From NCBI GenBank assembly GCA_009859145.1, contig VRVR01000023.1, forward strand, positions 120,934-184,933: 64,000 nt of DNA, written 5' to 3'. The notes beneath the pieces are model-generated. The model did not search any database and was not told where the DNA came from. It was given only the letters and a program-made list of their open reading frames with translations. The stretch is from Andalucia godoyi And28 (lineage: Eukaryota; Protista; Jakobida). Every line of letters starts with the position of its first letter. The stretch's first letter is position 1. The position numbers and the translations under genes were made by a program. This document shows, one piece after another, positions 39,450-51,078 of the stretch.

Positions 39450-41498
39450 ATGAGTGCTTCGGCGACTGCGAAGAAAAACGAAGCGCCACTTAATCGATTT
39501 ATCGACTCGCAGCTGATGTATATTGTGGAGCATCACAAATACGACTTTGCGAATGCGTCGCGATCGATGCGTCATTTGATTCGTTATGCACAGTCTCTTT
39601 TTCCTGCTACGGTTATTGCATCGAATTCAACTTTCCCACCATTGCTGTCTACTCGAGACTCGCAGATCGACGAGACCAATGCGTTTTCACCGGAGGTCAT
39701 TCGAGCAAGGTACGCGTATCTGGTGTGGAAGACGCAAAGCCAAATGGGAAATGCAGAAAAGCCAAAGGCTGTTTGCTCCGCTGTGCAGACGGAGCCGCCA
39801 ACTCGTAGGAATGCTCTGGTACAGGCCACACAGCCCAACCGGACTGCAGATAAGGGTCTGCAGTTTGACGAGTTTCCGGAAACGACGGATGCTACAGTGC
39901 AGACAGAAGTGCGCAAAATGGAAATAACAAACGTGGATATTGTGTTTGACACTCCCACAGATCTTATGCAACAAGCGTCCGATTCAGAAGAGTCCGACAA
40001 GGATGAGCCGGCGCAGAAACCGAGCGTTTTGGTCTCCGAGAATCGGGTGGAGGGGAAAACCGAAACGCAACAGGCGGTCTCTGAAAACAAGACAGAGCCA
40101 GAGTCAGTGGTGGTGATGCACTCCGTTTCTGGATTCTCAGTGCTGCAAGACTCGCTGAAGGATAAGTTTACTGCGATATATTCTGAGATTTCTTCAAAAC
40201 TTCCATCCATTCCACACGCATCGGATTCAGCAGACCACGAGGAAGAGGATGACGAGGAAATCGAGGTGTTTTCGTCGGGAATTCAATTCGACAAGCGTAT
40301 GGAGCGCTTGTTTCTGAGAGGTGCCGATGACCACAATTCCAACTTCGAGCTTGCCGTAGCCGAGAATGACGCCGAACATGGGGATGCCGACGACGACAGC
40401 GGTGTCGATCACATTTTTCATAATCCAAGGCATGTGAGATTTTCTGCTTCTGCGGTGGAGCCCACATCAAGAGCAGCATCATCAACCTTTTCTGCTCCGA
40501 AGACCCCGGGTGTGAAAAGCCGACCGACCGTATTTGACGAAGTCGCAGATCAGGAAGCAGCGGATGAAGGTAGAGAACAGACGGGGGCGGGGAAGAAGGG
40601 CACTGAGACCCTTGTGCTGGCCTCGAAGCAGTTCGCTGTGAATGAGAATAGCGGTGCCGACGACGACGACAACGATGATGATATGAAGGAATTGGAGGCA
40701 TCGTTCTTTAGACAGATTGGTTCGACAGGAGTGCAATCCAATACGTCCAGTGGTATTCGTGCCGCGGAGCGTACTGAAGCACCCACGTTCTCTGCTCCGA
40801 ATGCAACAGAAGAAGATGCTGGCGACGACGACGACGAAATCAAGAATTTGGAATCGCAGTTTTTTGCTCAAGTTCTCGGTTCTGGATCCTCAGCACATGT
40901 GGAGGATGACAGCGTTTCTGGCGCATCTCATTATAACAGTACCAGTAGATTTGGGAATGCAGTCCAACGCCAGGATAGAACAACAGAGAGGGATACGATT
41001 CAGGGTGTTTTTGAAAACTTGATTTCCGGAATTCAGCAGTTTCAAGAGATCGTGCGGGCGCGGGACACTGCAGCAGCAGTTCGATCCTCGCAGGATGCGG
41101 CGGAGCGACGGCAACAGTCCAACTCGATGAGGCGGCATCGTGCCGAAATGGAGCGGGACGAAGAAGTTGTATACGACGGAAGCCTGAACAATGAAAATGG
41201 GGAAGAGGCAGATGAAGACGAAGAGGACGACACCATTGTTTGGAGAACCGGATCACGCAGGCCAGCAAGAGAGCAGCAACAGCGACGGGCAGCCGAGGTC
41301 GTCCGACAATCCTATGCAGTACCCCAAGAGATGCAGCGACTTCTCCCTGGAAACATGCAAGAAACGGTTGTCCTTGATCTTCGTGGGCCATCGGCAGACT
41401 CGCCGTCACCCAACAATAATAGTACACCCTTGTCTGCTAACTCGAGTCACGGGTCGTTGCGGAAGTTCCCTCCTGCGGACCTGCGACCTGCTCGGTAG
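39450..41498 (+). CDS. Uncharacterised acidic (D/E-rich) protein
   Basis: ~680-aa ORF starting MSASATAKK; short helical N-terminal domain followed by acidic disordered sequence. Confidence 0.65.
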   Translation: MSASATAKKNEAPLNRFIDSQLMYIVEHHKYDFANASRSMRHLIRYAQSLFPATVIASNSTFPPLLSTRDSQIDETNAFSPEVIRARYAYLVWKTQSQMGNAEKPKAVCSAVQTEPPTRRNALVQATQPNRTADKGLQFDEFPETTDATVQTEVRKMEITNVDIVFDTPTDLMQQASDSEESDKDEPAQKPSVLVSENRVEGKTETQQAVSENKTEPESVVVMHSVSGFSVLQDSLKDKFTAIYSEISSKLPSIPHASDSADHEEEDDEEIEVFSSGIQFDKRMERLFLRGADDHNSNFELAVAENDAEHGDADDDSGVDHIFHNPRHVRFSASAVEPTSRAASSTFSAPKTPGVKSRPTVFDEVADQEAADEGREQTGAGKKGTETLVLASKQFAVNENSGADDDDNDDDMKELEASFFRQIGSTGVQSNTSSGIRAAERTEAPTFSAPNATEEDAGDDDDEIKNLESQFFAQVLGSGSSAHVEDDSVSGASHYNSTSRFGNAVQRQDRTTERDTIQGVFENLISGIQQFQEIVRARDTAAAVRSSQDAAERRQQSNSMRRHRAEMERDEEVVYDGSLNNENGEEADEDEEDDTIVWRTGSRRPAREQQQRRAAEVVRQSYAVPQEMQRLLPGNMQETVVLDLRGPSADSPSPNNNSTPLSANSSHGSLRKFPPADLRPAR

Positions 41499-41773
41499 GA
41501 CAGAAGATTTCCCCTTTTGTTCGAGATGAAATGGATCGTGTGCTGCACACGCCAATGCAAAGGATAGAGTAGCCTGGCCTGAGCATAATTATACCTCATT
41601 TACAAGAAACATCGAGAAAACAAAAACCAATTTCACGAACACCAAATCTTTTTTTTCTTCTTCCTTTTTTCTTTTCTTTTCTTTCTCCTTCTTCTTCCCC
41701 CGTCTCAATTTGATTCTGCAGACGCGGCACTGAGCTCCGAAGCCGCGATCAAGTAGGGTGCACAGAACAGACC

Positions 41774-42736
41774 TCATTCTCTGGATTCAGCGGCGCTGGC
41801 TTCCTTCTCTTCCTCTGCCTGCTGGTGGTGTTCGTGTTCTGCCTCATGTACCTCTTCGTGTTTCTGTTCTTCTGGAAAGAGCAGATCTGACGGAAGAGTC
41901 TCCTCCGAGAAGTACTGAAGCAGCTGCTCTTTCATGTGTTTCGAATCAATAAACACAATCTTTGACGCTGTTCGTTTGTCCAACCACGGCTTGACGACCT
42001 TCCAGCAGAGCCAGAAGAACCATCCCGAATGCAGAATCAAGCACGCGCCCAGTCGCTCGGGGTAGTAATTTTGCAGAACATCAACCATGAACTTCTCCAA
42101 CGCCGGGTCAAAGTTCTTTCGTCCAAGGCTGCCCATGTCAAAGATCTGGTTGAATGAGCAAATGTTCTGTGCCAGTGCCCTGCGGAAGCATTCATGCATG
42201 ATCCAGAGGAACGCACGGCCCGTCTTCAACGAAGAGTGCTTGCTCTTGTCGTGGAATCGAATACGAACGACAATCACAGGACGGCCGCACTTGTCTTCTT
42301 TTCCAGAAGGAAGGATTACTGCAGTCTGATGTCCAAACACCTCCTGTGCTTCCTCCTCGGTAATCAGGTCCGGACGGAACTCCCAGAACCAAATCGCCGC
42401 CTTCTCGAACATTGCATACGCATGGTCCACGTCAAACTTGCGAGCCACCATGAATCTGCAGTAATCAAGATCCGTGAACTCGTCTTCATGGTATGCAAAT
42501 TCAGGAGCCACCAAGCCACCTTGTTTGTTCTCTTCATCCTCCTTCTTCTTTCCGTGCTTTTCAACATCCGCACGCTTCTTTTCCCACACACCACGGGCCT
42601 TTTCTTCTCGCTGTGCACGCCGTTCCATGCACATCTTTTTAAAATCCGCAAGTTTCGCCTTGTCTGCATCCTCCAAACTGCCCAAAATATCTTCCTTTTC
42701 CGTCCGCGGAAGCGCCACATGACTATCGCTCGTCAT
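41774..42736 (-). CDS. CRAL-TRIO (Sec14-like) lipid-binding protein
   Basis: DLDYCRFMVARKFDVDHA, DKCGRPVIVVR, LQNYYPERLG, WKVVKPWLDKRTASKI. Confidence 0.92.
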   Translation of the reverse strand: MTSDSHVALPRTEKEDILGSLEDADKAKLADFKKMCMERRAQREEKARGVWEKKRADVEKHGKKKEDEENKQGGLVAPEFAYHEDEFTDLDYCRFMVARKFDVDHAYAMFEKAAIWFWEFRPDLITEEEAQEVFGHQTAVILPSGKEDKCGRPVIVVRIRFHDKSKHSSLKTGRAFLWIMHECFRRALAQNICSFNQIFDMGSLGRKNFDPALEKFMVDVLQNYYPERLGACLILHSGWFFWLCWKVVKPWLDKRTASKIVFIDSKHMKEQLLQYFSEETLPSDLLFPEEQKHEEVHEAEHEHHQQAEEEKEASAAESRE

Positions 42737-43097
42737 TCTTCTTCTTCTTCTTGTTGTTGCTGTTGTTGTTTTTCTTTCTTTCTTTCACACAACTCACAAC
42801 TCACAACTCGCACGCTTCGTCGGTAAGAGAAAGCGTCAACACTCAACAACACCAACCAGAATCGAGTGCGCATCGGAGAGCCATGCACGAGCAACCCTCC
42901 GCAAGTCCGCCGATCTCTCTTCAGAAGCTAGACTCAATTGATCCATCGTCGGCTTTCCCCCCTTTCCCACGGGTTTTCCTTTTACTGGACACACAAAACC
43001 GTCCCATCAGCCTCGGAGCGAGGAACTACAGTCTATGACGATTGCTTGTGCCTCTCTCCCTTCCTTCTTCTCCCACTCCAGCGTGGGCCTGTCTTGC

Positions 43098-43391
43098 ATG
43101 TGGCGAACCGCATATAAAAGATGTCTCCGCGCATTGCATCCCATTCGTAACTTTTCAGAGCCTATTTACAGGGCTGCAAAGCAAAATGTCGTGCTGATGT
43201 TTACTCTTCCAACAGGAAGAAAGCTGTCCAAAACAGAGCTTGATGCAGCTGTGTCGTCTGTGGAAATCGTCTCGCGCCACCTTCTCAAGACCCAGTGTCG
43301 GTTTATCTATCCAGTATCCGAACAACCCGTCTCGCGACCAGGAAAACCAGTCCTGACGCTTGCCGTAGCCTCATCCTCTTTTAAAAAATAA
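43098..43391 (+). CDS. Small hypothetical protein with mitochondrial-type presequence
   Basis: MWRTAYKRCLRALHPIRNFS N-terminus; fills an otherwise empty interval. Confidence 0.35.
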   Translation: MWRTAYKRCLRALHPIRNFSEPIYRAAKQNVVLMFTLPTGRKLSKTELDAAVSSVEIVSRHLLKTQCRFIYPVSEQPVSRPGKPVLTLAVASSSFKK

Positions 43392-43607
43392 TAGTATCGT
43401 CACAACTCCCTCTGTTTCTGTCTCAAGTCGCAAGTCACGCGTTCTTTTTTCCTGCTGTAAAAAAGACCAACAACAAAAGAACCCCGAAAAGTGCTTCTAC
43501 TTCCTCTGCTGCAACGTAATCCTTTCTCTTCTTCTTTTCCTGTTCTTTTCTTTCTCCAAGTCGCAAGTGCAGACTACAGAGGAAGCCGGGGTGCGTGGGT
43601 GTGGAAG

Positions 43608-44399
43608 ATGAGCGGCAGCATTCTTGGAACGCTGAACATTATGTATGAGGAATTTGTGAAAGCGCCGTTCCGCCGGGTTGTGCTCGGCGAGACGACGGAG
43701 CAGCGTGTGATCCAGCATGTGTTTACGACAGGCACGGAAAACGATCCAGAGTCTGTGCTGGCGGCACTCGACAAGTTTGGCTGGACAGACACGTTCTTGA
43801 TGAATGTTGCGGACGTGAAGGGATTGATTCTGGACGACGTTATCAAGCAGAACGTGCTTACGCAGCCGCCTTTTGACGCGAAGAATGGATATGTTGCGGT
43901 CGAGTTTGGAGGGTATCTGGGCTACTCGGCAGTCCGGATCGGCAGGCTGTTCCGCGACAAGGGAAAGGTGTACTCGATTGAAAAGAACCCGTACTATGCG
44001 GCAATTGCGACAAAGATCATCGAGTTTGCGGGACTCAATGGAACGGTCCGCGTCGTCGTGGGAACTGCACAGGACCGGCTGGGCGATCTCAAGACCAAGT
44101 TTGGTGTCAAGAAGGTGGACTTTGTCTTCCAGGACGAGTGGAAAGACGTGTACGTTGCAGACCTCAAGGCCCTTGAGAAATCAGGGCTGCTGAGAAACGG
44201 TACCATCATTGTGGGAGATAACATCCTGTTCCCCGGGGTGCCTGATTACTTGGCATATGTCAAGGAGCACCCCCAGTTCACCTCCATTCTGAAAACAGCA
44301 CAGCTGGAATACTCAAAGACCGTCAAGGACGCCATGCTCATCTCGACGTGGTACGAGTCAAAGCTGCCGCACACCGTCCCCAAACATGTCGACGCATAA
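43608..44399 (+). CDS. Catechol O-methyltransferase-like
   Basis: LAALDKFGW..FLMNVADVKG, VEFGGYLGYSAV, DFVFQDEWKD.Y, VGDNILFPG, LEYS. Confidence 0.88.
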   Translation: MSGSILGTLNIMYEEFVKAPFRRVVLGETTEQRVIQHVFTTGTENDPESVLAALDKFGWTDTFLMNVADVKGLILDDVIKQNVLTQPPFDAKNGYVAVEFGGYLGYSAVRIGRLFRDKGKVYSIEKNPYYAAIATKIIEFAGLNGTVRVVVGTAQDRLGDLKTKFGVKKVDFVFQDEWKDVYVADLKALEKSGLLRNGTIIVGDNILFPGVPDYLAYVKEHPQFTSILKTAQLEYSKTVKDAMLISTWYESKLPHTVPKHVDA

Positions 44400-44535
44400 G
44401 TCCCTTCTTCTTCTTCTTCTTCTTCTTCTCCTCCTCCTTAACTTATCCGCACGTATCTTATTCGTGAATAAAACTGCCTACGTGCATTTGGAACCACTTT
44501 GCGCGAAAATAAAAATGAAACACACAGACACACAT

Positions 44536-44572
<37 letters not shown>

Positions 44573-44667
44573 AATGCATACATGTAAAAGGAGAACACAT
44601 GAAAACGATGCACGGGCAAACTAGCGACTGGCGATGATGCACGCATGACCCAGGTGCTGAGAGGCTT

Positions 44668-44961
44668 TCAAGGTTGGGGCGAATTCGAACCGGTGTTTGG
44701 ATCTTCAACGGTGGATACTGCATTTGCGACAATGTCCACGACTTCTTGCAGTGCATCGTCCATTCGGTTTTGCTGGATCCGAACAAGTTCTTCAAAACGA
44801 GTTGCGACGGTCTGCAAAGCAGATTGCAATTGTCGCCGAGAAGAGGTTTCCGAAGCCAAATGACGTTCAAGCGACTCGATCCGTTGATCTTGGTCTTTCA
44901 TTCGAGACGCCAAGAGCGACAGCGCCTTTTCCAATCTAGCAACTCGCTCACTCTCGGACAT
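44668..44961 (-). CDS. Small coiled-coil protein
   Basis: ~97-aa heptad-rich ORF (MSESERVARLEKAL). Confidence 0.5.
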   Translation of the reverse strand: MSESERVARLEKALSLLASRMKDQDQRIESLERHLASETSSRRQLQSALQTVATRFEELVRIQQNRMDDALQEVVDIVANAVSTVEDPNTGSNSPQP

Positions 44962-45458
44962 CTTTTTCTGCTTCTTCAAACTGCTGCGTTCGTTTAGTTA
45001 TCTTATTGAAACGAAATGAAATTATCAAGAATATTAATTAATTAGTTATGATAAAAACAAAACAAAACAAGACAAAACAAAACAATTGGAATGCAGCGAA
45101 TTTTACGCGGGAGAAAAGCTGTCTCCACACTCTTAGTGCGCCATGAGCGTACAGGCGGGATAACAGAGAGTCGAAAGCGCTGGGATTTTCGTGCACGAAC
45201 GTCTGGCTTTTTTGCACGTACTGGTGGATGGTCCTGCTCCTGTACGAATGCTACCACATCTTACGCCCCGCTATGCACACATACACACACACACAGATAC
45301 ACAATCAGGCATCTTTAAATACTCGTTACAAAGGAGAAAAGAGAAAACTGCTGCACACCTGCGGGGTGCCAGCAGACCTTGCTGTCGTGCATTCAAGAAA
45401 CTGGTTTCGTCGGATCCCGAGCGCATATCAAACGGCATCTCAGCATTCCGCGAGCCAG

Positions 45459-47579
45459 CTATGCCATCAACGGAGAATTATATCGGTCGCCACCGGCATT
45501 AAATTCTCGCAAAGTCGATCCTCGCTTTCGAGAGAAACCAACAATCGCAGCAGCGACAGCAACAAACAGTGCAACAACCAGTGAAGTTACCAGAGCCACG
45601 AACCCACCCTTGCTAATACGGTATCCGTCATAGTCGTCGCTGTTCTTTGACGGGCACAACTGTCCAGAAGGGACAATTTGCGCACCATCGTAGGCATCCA
45701 GTGTGTTGAACGACGACTGTGTGATGCCATCCAGCGGAGTGAACATCGGGGGCAGTAAGTCCGAAACGCAAGACTTGTCAGAGAGGACTCCGCCGTTTCG
45801 TACGAACTGGGAAATCAACTGGATACCACAAGTGGCCTTGCCGGGGGACATAACTTGCGAAAAGAAAATCAGGCCGTGCACGCACCCTGGAAACTGCACA
45901 AAAGTCTTGTTCGAAGACTGCAACGTGCGCTCGTACTGGTAAGCAGACCACAGGGGTGTCTGCGGATCTAACTCCCCGTTCATCAGCAACACAGGCTTGC
46001 TTCCAACAGAAGCAGACTTGTTGAAAAAGGGACTGCGTGGAGACATGGGCCACGATTGATATGCATCGTAAAAGTCGTAGAACACGCCCTGGGATATATA
46101 CGTCTGCTGCCGGCGAGAAAACATGTCTTGCAGCGTAGGAACCGGGCCGCCCTCGGGATATTCCCACATTTCAGAACTTCCAACGCTGAAGCCAAGTACA
46201 TCCGAATGCAGCGCCACCGACTGTCCCAGGGCGTTCGAAGATGTGTTGTACGAGTTCATGAGGAACATCAATGCCGGGACATCGAGCACGGGGTCACAGC
46301 GATGGACACGATACAAGGTTGGCATGATGATCGCTCGATTGAAGGCACCTGGAATGTTGTCTCCAAACAAAGAACGAACGAAATTTGCAGACAACTGGAT
46401 GCCACCGCACGATCCGTCCGTCAGTTTTGCAAACGCCTGCTGCATGTACAGGTTTGCAGAGACAGGATCGTGAATTCCCGTTTTCGAGGAGCACACGGTG
46501 TCCTTTGCACAAGCAGCAACGTAACGCATGCCAGCTTCGTTGACAGATGGGTCCCACCAAGTGAAGTCAAGTCGCGCGCCGTCTCCAATGTTCGCGGGCC
46601 TTGGTCCTGCAGGCGCGACGAGACCATCAACAATCGAAGTTGTAAACAGATTCTGGAACTTCACAGGATCGACAAGCATCACGCGATTGGTGAGCAGCGT
46701 GCCATAACTGATCCCGTACAGATGCATTTCCGTGTACCCTAGTGCTTGAGCAAGAGCGTACACATCACGAGCAGAGTTATCGGTCGAGAACAGATTATGC
46801 AACCCCCCAGGATATTGCAGAAGCAGCGATTCGCGACATCCCGCAATCTCTTCCGGGACAATCTTAGTTCCGCCAAGCGAAGTCTCCGACTCTGCCTGCG
46901 AATTCAAACACGTAAGCCGTTGCGAGCGACCAGAACCTCGCTGATCAAAGTACAAGATGTCCCAGTCTGCAGAATCCAGTTCCTGTCCCAGAGTCAGCAT
47001 CACCGGCTCAAAATACTCTCCACTGTCCCCAGGACCACCGGAAAGCATGAGCAGCGCCTTTTTTGCTTGGACACGCTGGGACGACGAGTCGCCAGATGCC
47101 CACTTCTTGTAATTGAATCTCTTCACGAAAAGCGTAAGAGATCCCAGAGATGCATTTGTATAAGAGAACGGAACTGAGAAGAGACCGCAAACGGCTGTCG
47201 GATCTCCAGGAAGGGCATCCGAGGCCGATGCTGGTGCTGGTGCTGGTACCCGTACCCGTGCCCCTGATCCATATGCAGAAACTTCAGCTTCAAGATGGTC
47301 TCGCTGCAAACCAAACGGCGAGGTTATTCTTCGTCTGCCATTTCGAGCCTGCATGTCCGCACTTCCCGAAAACGGCGATGACCATGACGACGACGACGAC
47401 GATGATGAGGGATTTCTCAGGACTGGGGTGATTGCCTTCACCCAGTCTGACGAGTACAGCGGACAGTCAGTGAACGAAATCACGTCGTTCTGCGCACGAA
47501 CCCCCATTCCGGTGCACGACGACACACTCAGCAGCAGCATCATCGCCGCCGCCACAAAAGACGTGGCCAACCAGTGCAT
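45459..47579 (-). CDS. Secreted/membrane-anchored alpha/beta-hydrolase peptidase (S33, TAP-like)
   Basis: Signal peptide; LSGGPGDSG, DQRGSGRS, nucleophile YGISYGT, GELDPQTP, HG; C-terminal TM. Confidence 0.85.
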   Translation of the reverse strand: MHWLATSFVAAAMMLLLSVSSCTGMGVRAQNDVISFTDCPLYSSDWVKAITPVLRNPSSSSSSSSWSSPFSGSADMQARNGRRRITSPFGLQRDHLEAEVSAYGSGARVRVPAPAPASASDALPGDPTAVCGLFSVPFSYTNASLGSLTLFVKRFNYKKWASGDSSSQRVQAKKALLMLSGGPGDSGEYFEPVMLTLGQELDSADWDILYFDQRGSGRSQRLTCLNSQAESETSLGGTKIVPEEIAGCRESLLLQYPGGLHNLFSTDNSARDVYALAQALGYTEMHLYGISYGTLLTNRVMLVDPVKFQNLFTTSIVDGLVAPAGPRPANIGDGARLDFTWWDPSVNEAGMRYVAACAKDTVCSSKTGIHDPVSANLYMQQAFAKLTDGSCGGIQLSANFVRSLFGDNIPGAFNRAIIMPTLYRVHRCDPVLDVPALMFLMNSYNTSSNALGQSVALHSDVLGFSVGSSEMWEYPEGGPVPTLQDMFSRRQQTYISQGVFYDFYDAYQSWPMSPRSPFFNKSASVGSKPVLLMNGELDPQTPLWSAYQYERTLQSSNKTFVQFPGCVHGLIFFSQVMSPGKATCGIQLISQFVRNGGVLSDKSCVSDLLPPMFTPLDGITQSSFNTLDAYDGAQIVPSGQLCPSKNSDDYDGYRISKGGFVALVTSLVVALFVAVAAAIVGFSRKRGSTLREFNAGGDRYNSPLMA

Positions 47580-47679
47580 CTCCGTTTTCAGACTCCACCA
47601 AAATAAAGCAATAAAGATTATAAGAAAGATAATGGTATAATTATTTATATAAAAAACAAACCAATATTAGTAAAGTGCT

Positions 47680-48092
47680 GCCGTTGCATAATAACACTTC
47701 ATTGTTATGCATACGGAAGTATGCATAAGCAGACATGGTCGATATTGGTCGACACTAGCACCTTTTGTTTCACAGGAATTCGTGCTTACGCACGCTCGGC
47801 CAAAATTCAGCCGGTGACACAGGCTCCGCATTTCCGACACTCTTTAACGGAGCATCCGTAGCCATCTATTCTGTCATTCGTTGGTTTGGTTTCACTTTTT
47901 GCAGGAAGTAAAGTGTTTTGCATGTCCCGCGTGTAGCTCACAGATTGATCGAGATTGGGAACGGAGCGCGGAACATCTATCTGAAGAACGCCGTGAGGCG
48001 TGTTGGGGCCTATCCCCTTTCCGGCGACGGGATGCAAGATTGAATATGCATGTCTGTTCGTAGATATGCATGTTCAGTGTATAACGTAGGCG
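47680..48092 (+). mobile_element. Non-autonomous IS607-like Fanzor2 element, subfamily 1, copy C (shortest)
   Basis: Same left end as A and B; lacks the Fanzor N-terminus; retains FACPACSSQIDRDW[+1]NGARNIYLKN. Terminus CAGTGTATAACGTAGGCG. Confidence 0.88.
48000..48092 (+). ncRNA. Candidate omega-RNA 3' scaffold (copy C)
   Basis: GNRA hairpin 48019-48032; stem 48041-48055/48062-48076. Confidence 0.55.
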
Positions 48093-48806
48093 TTCCACTC
48101 ACCACCAGTTAACCCACTCCCGCAGTCTGCACATATCGGGTTTTTGCACGCACTGCCTGCAACGAGCATTAAGCCGCAAGGTCAGCCATGTGAATCATGA
48201 TATTTCGACGTTTCCAAGGCGTCTTTGGTCGGAAATCAAACAAAGGTTGCAAGAAACAAACGCATGCCGTCTTTCTGAAGCGCACTGGTAGGGCACTCCA
48301 CGTTTTCCGTTCACGGCCGACGATGACACAGCGGCGTCGTGAAACTGCATGAACGTTTCCAGTTCATAGACGAAGGGTCGTGAACTCCGCGGCCACATGT
48401 GTATCGACACGAAATGAACTTTATTCATGATGGAATCAAGCAGGATCGATGACATGCAAGAACCGCCTGAGAGAATTGCAGATGGAAACGGCAACAATGT
48501 TGCAAAGGAGGAGGGGGGGAAAGCCGGAACAGAATGCATTTCTGTGCGTGCGTCCGTGCGCCTTGAGAAACGTCCATCATTTTTTTTGAACATTTTTGAC
48601 ATTTCGTGCGATACTGGTTACTGATACTGGTACTGGTACTGGCACGGTGTACGCGCAAAGCTTGGTTTGGTTTCGTGTTTATTTTCTCACTTCCCTCTGT
48701 TTGATTGCGATGATGGTATCAGTATGGTGATGGAGTTTTTTGAGACAACGCGAGCGAAAAGGAAGCGAGGAAGAGTTTTTCTTCTTTTTCTTCTTTTCTT
48801 TCCTTT

Positions 48807-49205
48807 TTAGCGATCTCCAATGATGCGTTCGTTTCGAGGATGGTATTCCTGCTTTTCGGCCTCCTCGCGCCGAGCTTCTCCCATTTGTTCAAAGTCTCCG
48901 AGCCTGAGGATCTTCTGAAGGGCGTCCTGCTTAGACAGTGAATCGTCATCCATGGATTCGCGGACGTCATTGAGCGACGCCTTGTTTGAATTGGTGAATG
49001 GATGGAGAAAGATCTCGTCGGTCGCGAGCACTTCGTCTGCGTCAATGAGTCCCTTGCGGAAATCAGTTACTCGATTGCGCTTGCACAGCACCTCAAGCTG
49101 CTTACCCTTGCGAGACCGCCAGCGCACAACCTGCACTTCGTCGTTCAGACTCCACTTTCCACTGCGAAGCGTCGCTTCATCGGTGTTTCGCGCATTGCTG
49201 TACAT
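48807..49205 (-). CDS. Stand-alone SBDS/Sdo1 N-terminal (FYSH) domain protein, Rtc3-like; 5' end uncertain
   Basis: VQVVRWRSRKGKQLEVLCKRNRVTDFRKG..DADEVL..DEIF...KASLND...ALQKILRLGDF aligns by eye to the SBDS N-domain; stop codon follows soon after. Confidence 0.7.
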   Translation of the reverse strand: MYSNARNTDEATLRSGKWSLNDEVQVVRWRSRKGKQLEVLCKRNRVTDFRKGLIDADEVLATDEIFLHPFTNSNKASLNDVRESMDDDSLSKQDALQKILRLGDFEQMGEARREEAEKQEYHPRNERIIGDR

Positions 49206-49750
49206 TTCCCCTCCCACAACGTCGTCCAGTTCTACCGTATCTAGTCCTTCTTTTCAAATCGTAAATCGAAAACAATGCAGGAAAACAAAGCAACAGCAAC
49301 AGCAAAAAGTAGCGAATGGAGAAGCAGATGAATGCAAGCGAGACAGCGTGTGGAGCATGAACCATGTGTATATATGTGTGTATGTATTCTGTGAGGGTGA
49401 ACGACGTCGTGGAATTGTGACGCCAGCCATCGCACTTGAAAAAGACTAGACGTACGTCAGCACCAGCAGTTGTACTTCGAGTGAAACGGGAAGACCTGGC
49501 ATCGGAAAAACAGCAACCCTCTAGCATCAACTGAGCGGCGTGATGCCGACCTGCTTTCTTCCCCGCCCCAACGTCTTTGTCCGCTCGCCAAGACATGAAT
49601 CATTATTGATCACCATCGGCTAAGCTGTTACCGAAGACAGATCCAAGCCAGATACTGTTTTTGTTTTTATTAATTGGGGCGAGCACCAACTCTTCAATGC
49701 AATCAAAGAGTCATCGCAACCAACATATTCCCCCCAAATCGATTCAACAT

Positions 49751-50070
49751 TCAAAAAAAATGAACGTTGGAGGAAACAGAATGTAGTCGGCGAACGCCGC
49801 CTCGCCGGACGACGCTTTTGCCTTTGCTCCTTCTTGTTCTCTGACCTGAAAGCGCATTCCGAAAACGCAATCGATCACACATCTTCGTGATTTGATGATC
49901 ATCCGCAGCTTGCTCAGCAAGTTGCCGTCTGACGATCTTCTTCTTCTTCTTGCTCTCCGCCTCCGACGAGAGGGAATCAACGGGTTCCTTGGTTCTCGGT
50001 ATCTTCGGCCATGGTCGGTTTGAGGTTATTGGGAAGATTCCTCTTTGGTGCCATGAGACGTTTTGTCTTG
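49751..50070 (-). CDS. Hypothetical small basic protein (3' exon; start unresolved)
   Basis: Open K/R-rich frame (SKKKKKIVRRQLAEQAADD...DRLRFRN) after a pyrimidine-rich ...CAG. Confidence 0.25.
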
Positions 50071-50315
50071 CTGCTTGAGGTTTCGATAGGAAAACCAACA
50101 GAAAATAATGGAAACATAAAAACTTGAAGACTGAAGAAATTGTAGACTTGACTACGGTAAGAAAATCGTACTCCACAAAGCTGTCAACCGTACCCCAAGC
50201 CAAACGTCACTGACTGCTTAAAGAGCACTACCGTTCGTCGCAACTTGTAGGAGACATATTCGCAGAGGCTACATTCAGAAGAGAGAAGAGGTGAGAAGTG
50301 CGGGGTGAGAGGAAT

Positions 50316-51001
50316 ATGGCGAGTGCTGTTGCTTCTGTGAAGCCACTCTTGACTCGGGCGAATTTGCTGGAATCGTCTCATTCGAAATCGGTTCCACGAG
50401 TGTGTCATGTGCTCGTGAGCGAGCTACAGTGTTTGCAGACGATTACGTCGTCGAATGCACTTGTGCGAGTCGTGGTGTACATGTCTCGATCGGAGCGAAA
50501 AAAGCTAGTTTCCGATCTCATTCCGATCGATACAAGAACGCTGATGTATCCACTCAACACGAGCTTCGAGCTGCATTATCGACACCACATCAAGGGCGAC
50601 TCGGAAGAAGTGCTGCATATTGCGCTGCAGAAAAAGAGAAAAAAGTCACGGTCGATGAAAACGATCGCATCAGCCTCGTTTTCATTGCAGGAGGTGCTCG
50701 ACTATCCACTCGAGAATGTCTATGTGGATCTCGAAGACCGCAAGAAGGAGGTCGTGTCGAAGTGGGCCAAACTCAAAGTCACGATCGCAACGCTGCCAGA
50801 CTGGTATCCAATTGCGCTCTTGATCCCGCCTGCTCACTCACGATCAAACTCGAGCACAAGCTCAGGAACGGCAGCGTTCAAGAACTCGCCGCCCACCACT
50901 CCGCAGCCTCCAATCAAGGCTCCTTTCAGGGACGACAAGGAAAAGGATAATAAGCACGACAAGTACGACAGCGAAAGATCGAAGGACAAGGACAAGGACA
51001 A

Positions 51002-51078
<77 letters not shown>

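Noticed and set aside
48195-48602. 135-aa minus-strand ORF downstream of element C
   Set aside because: No recognisable motifs; coding status cannot be supported from sequence alone.
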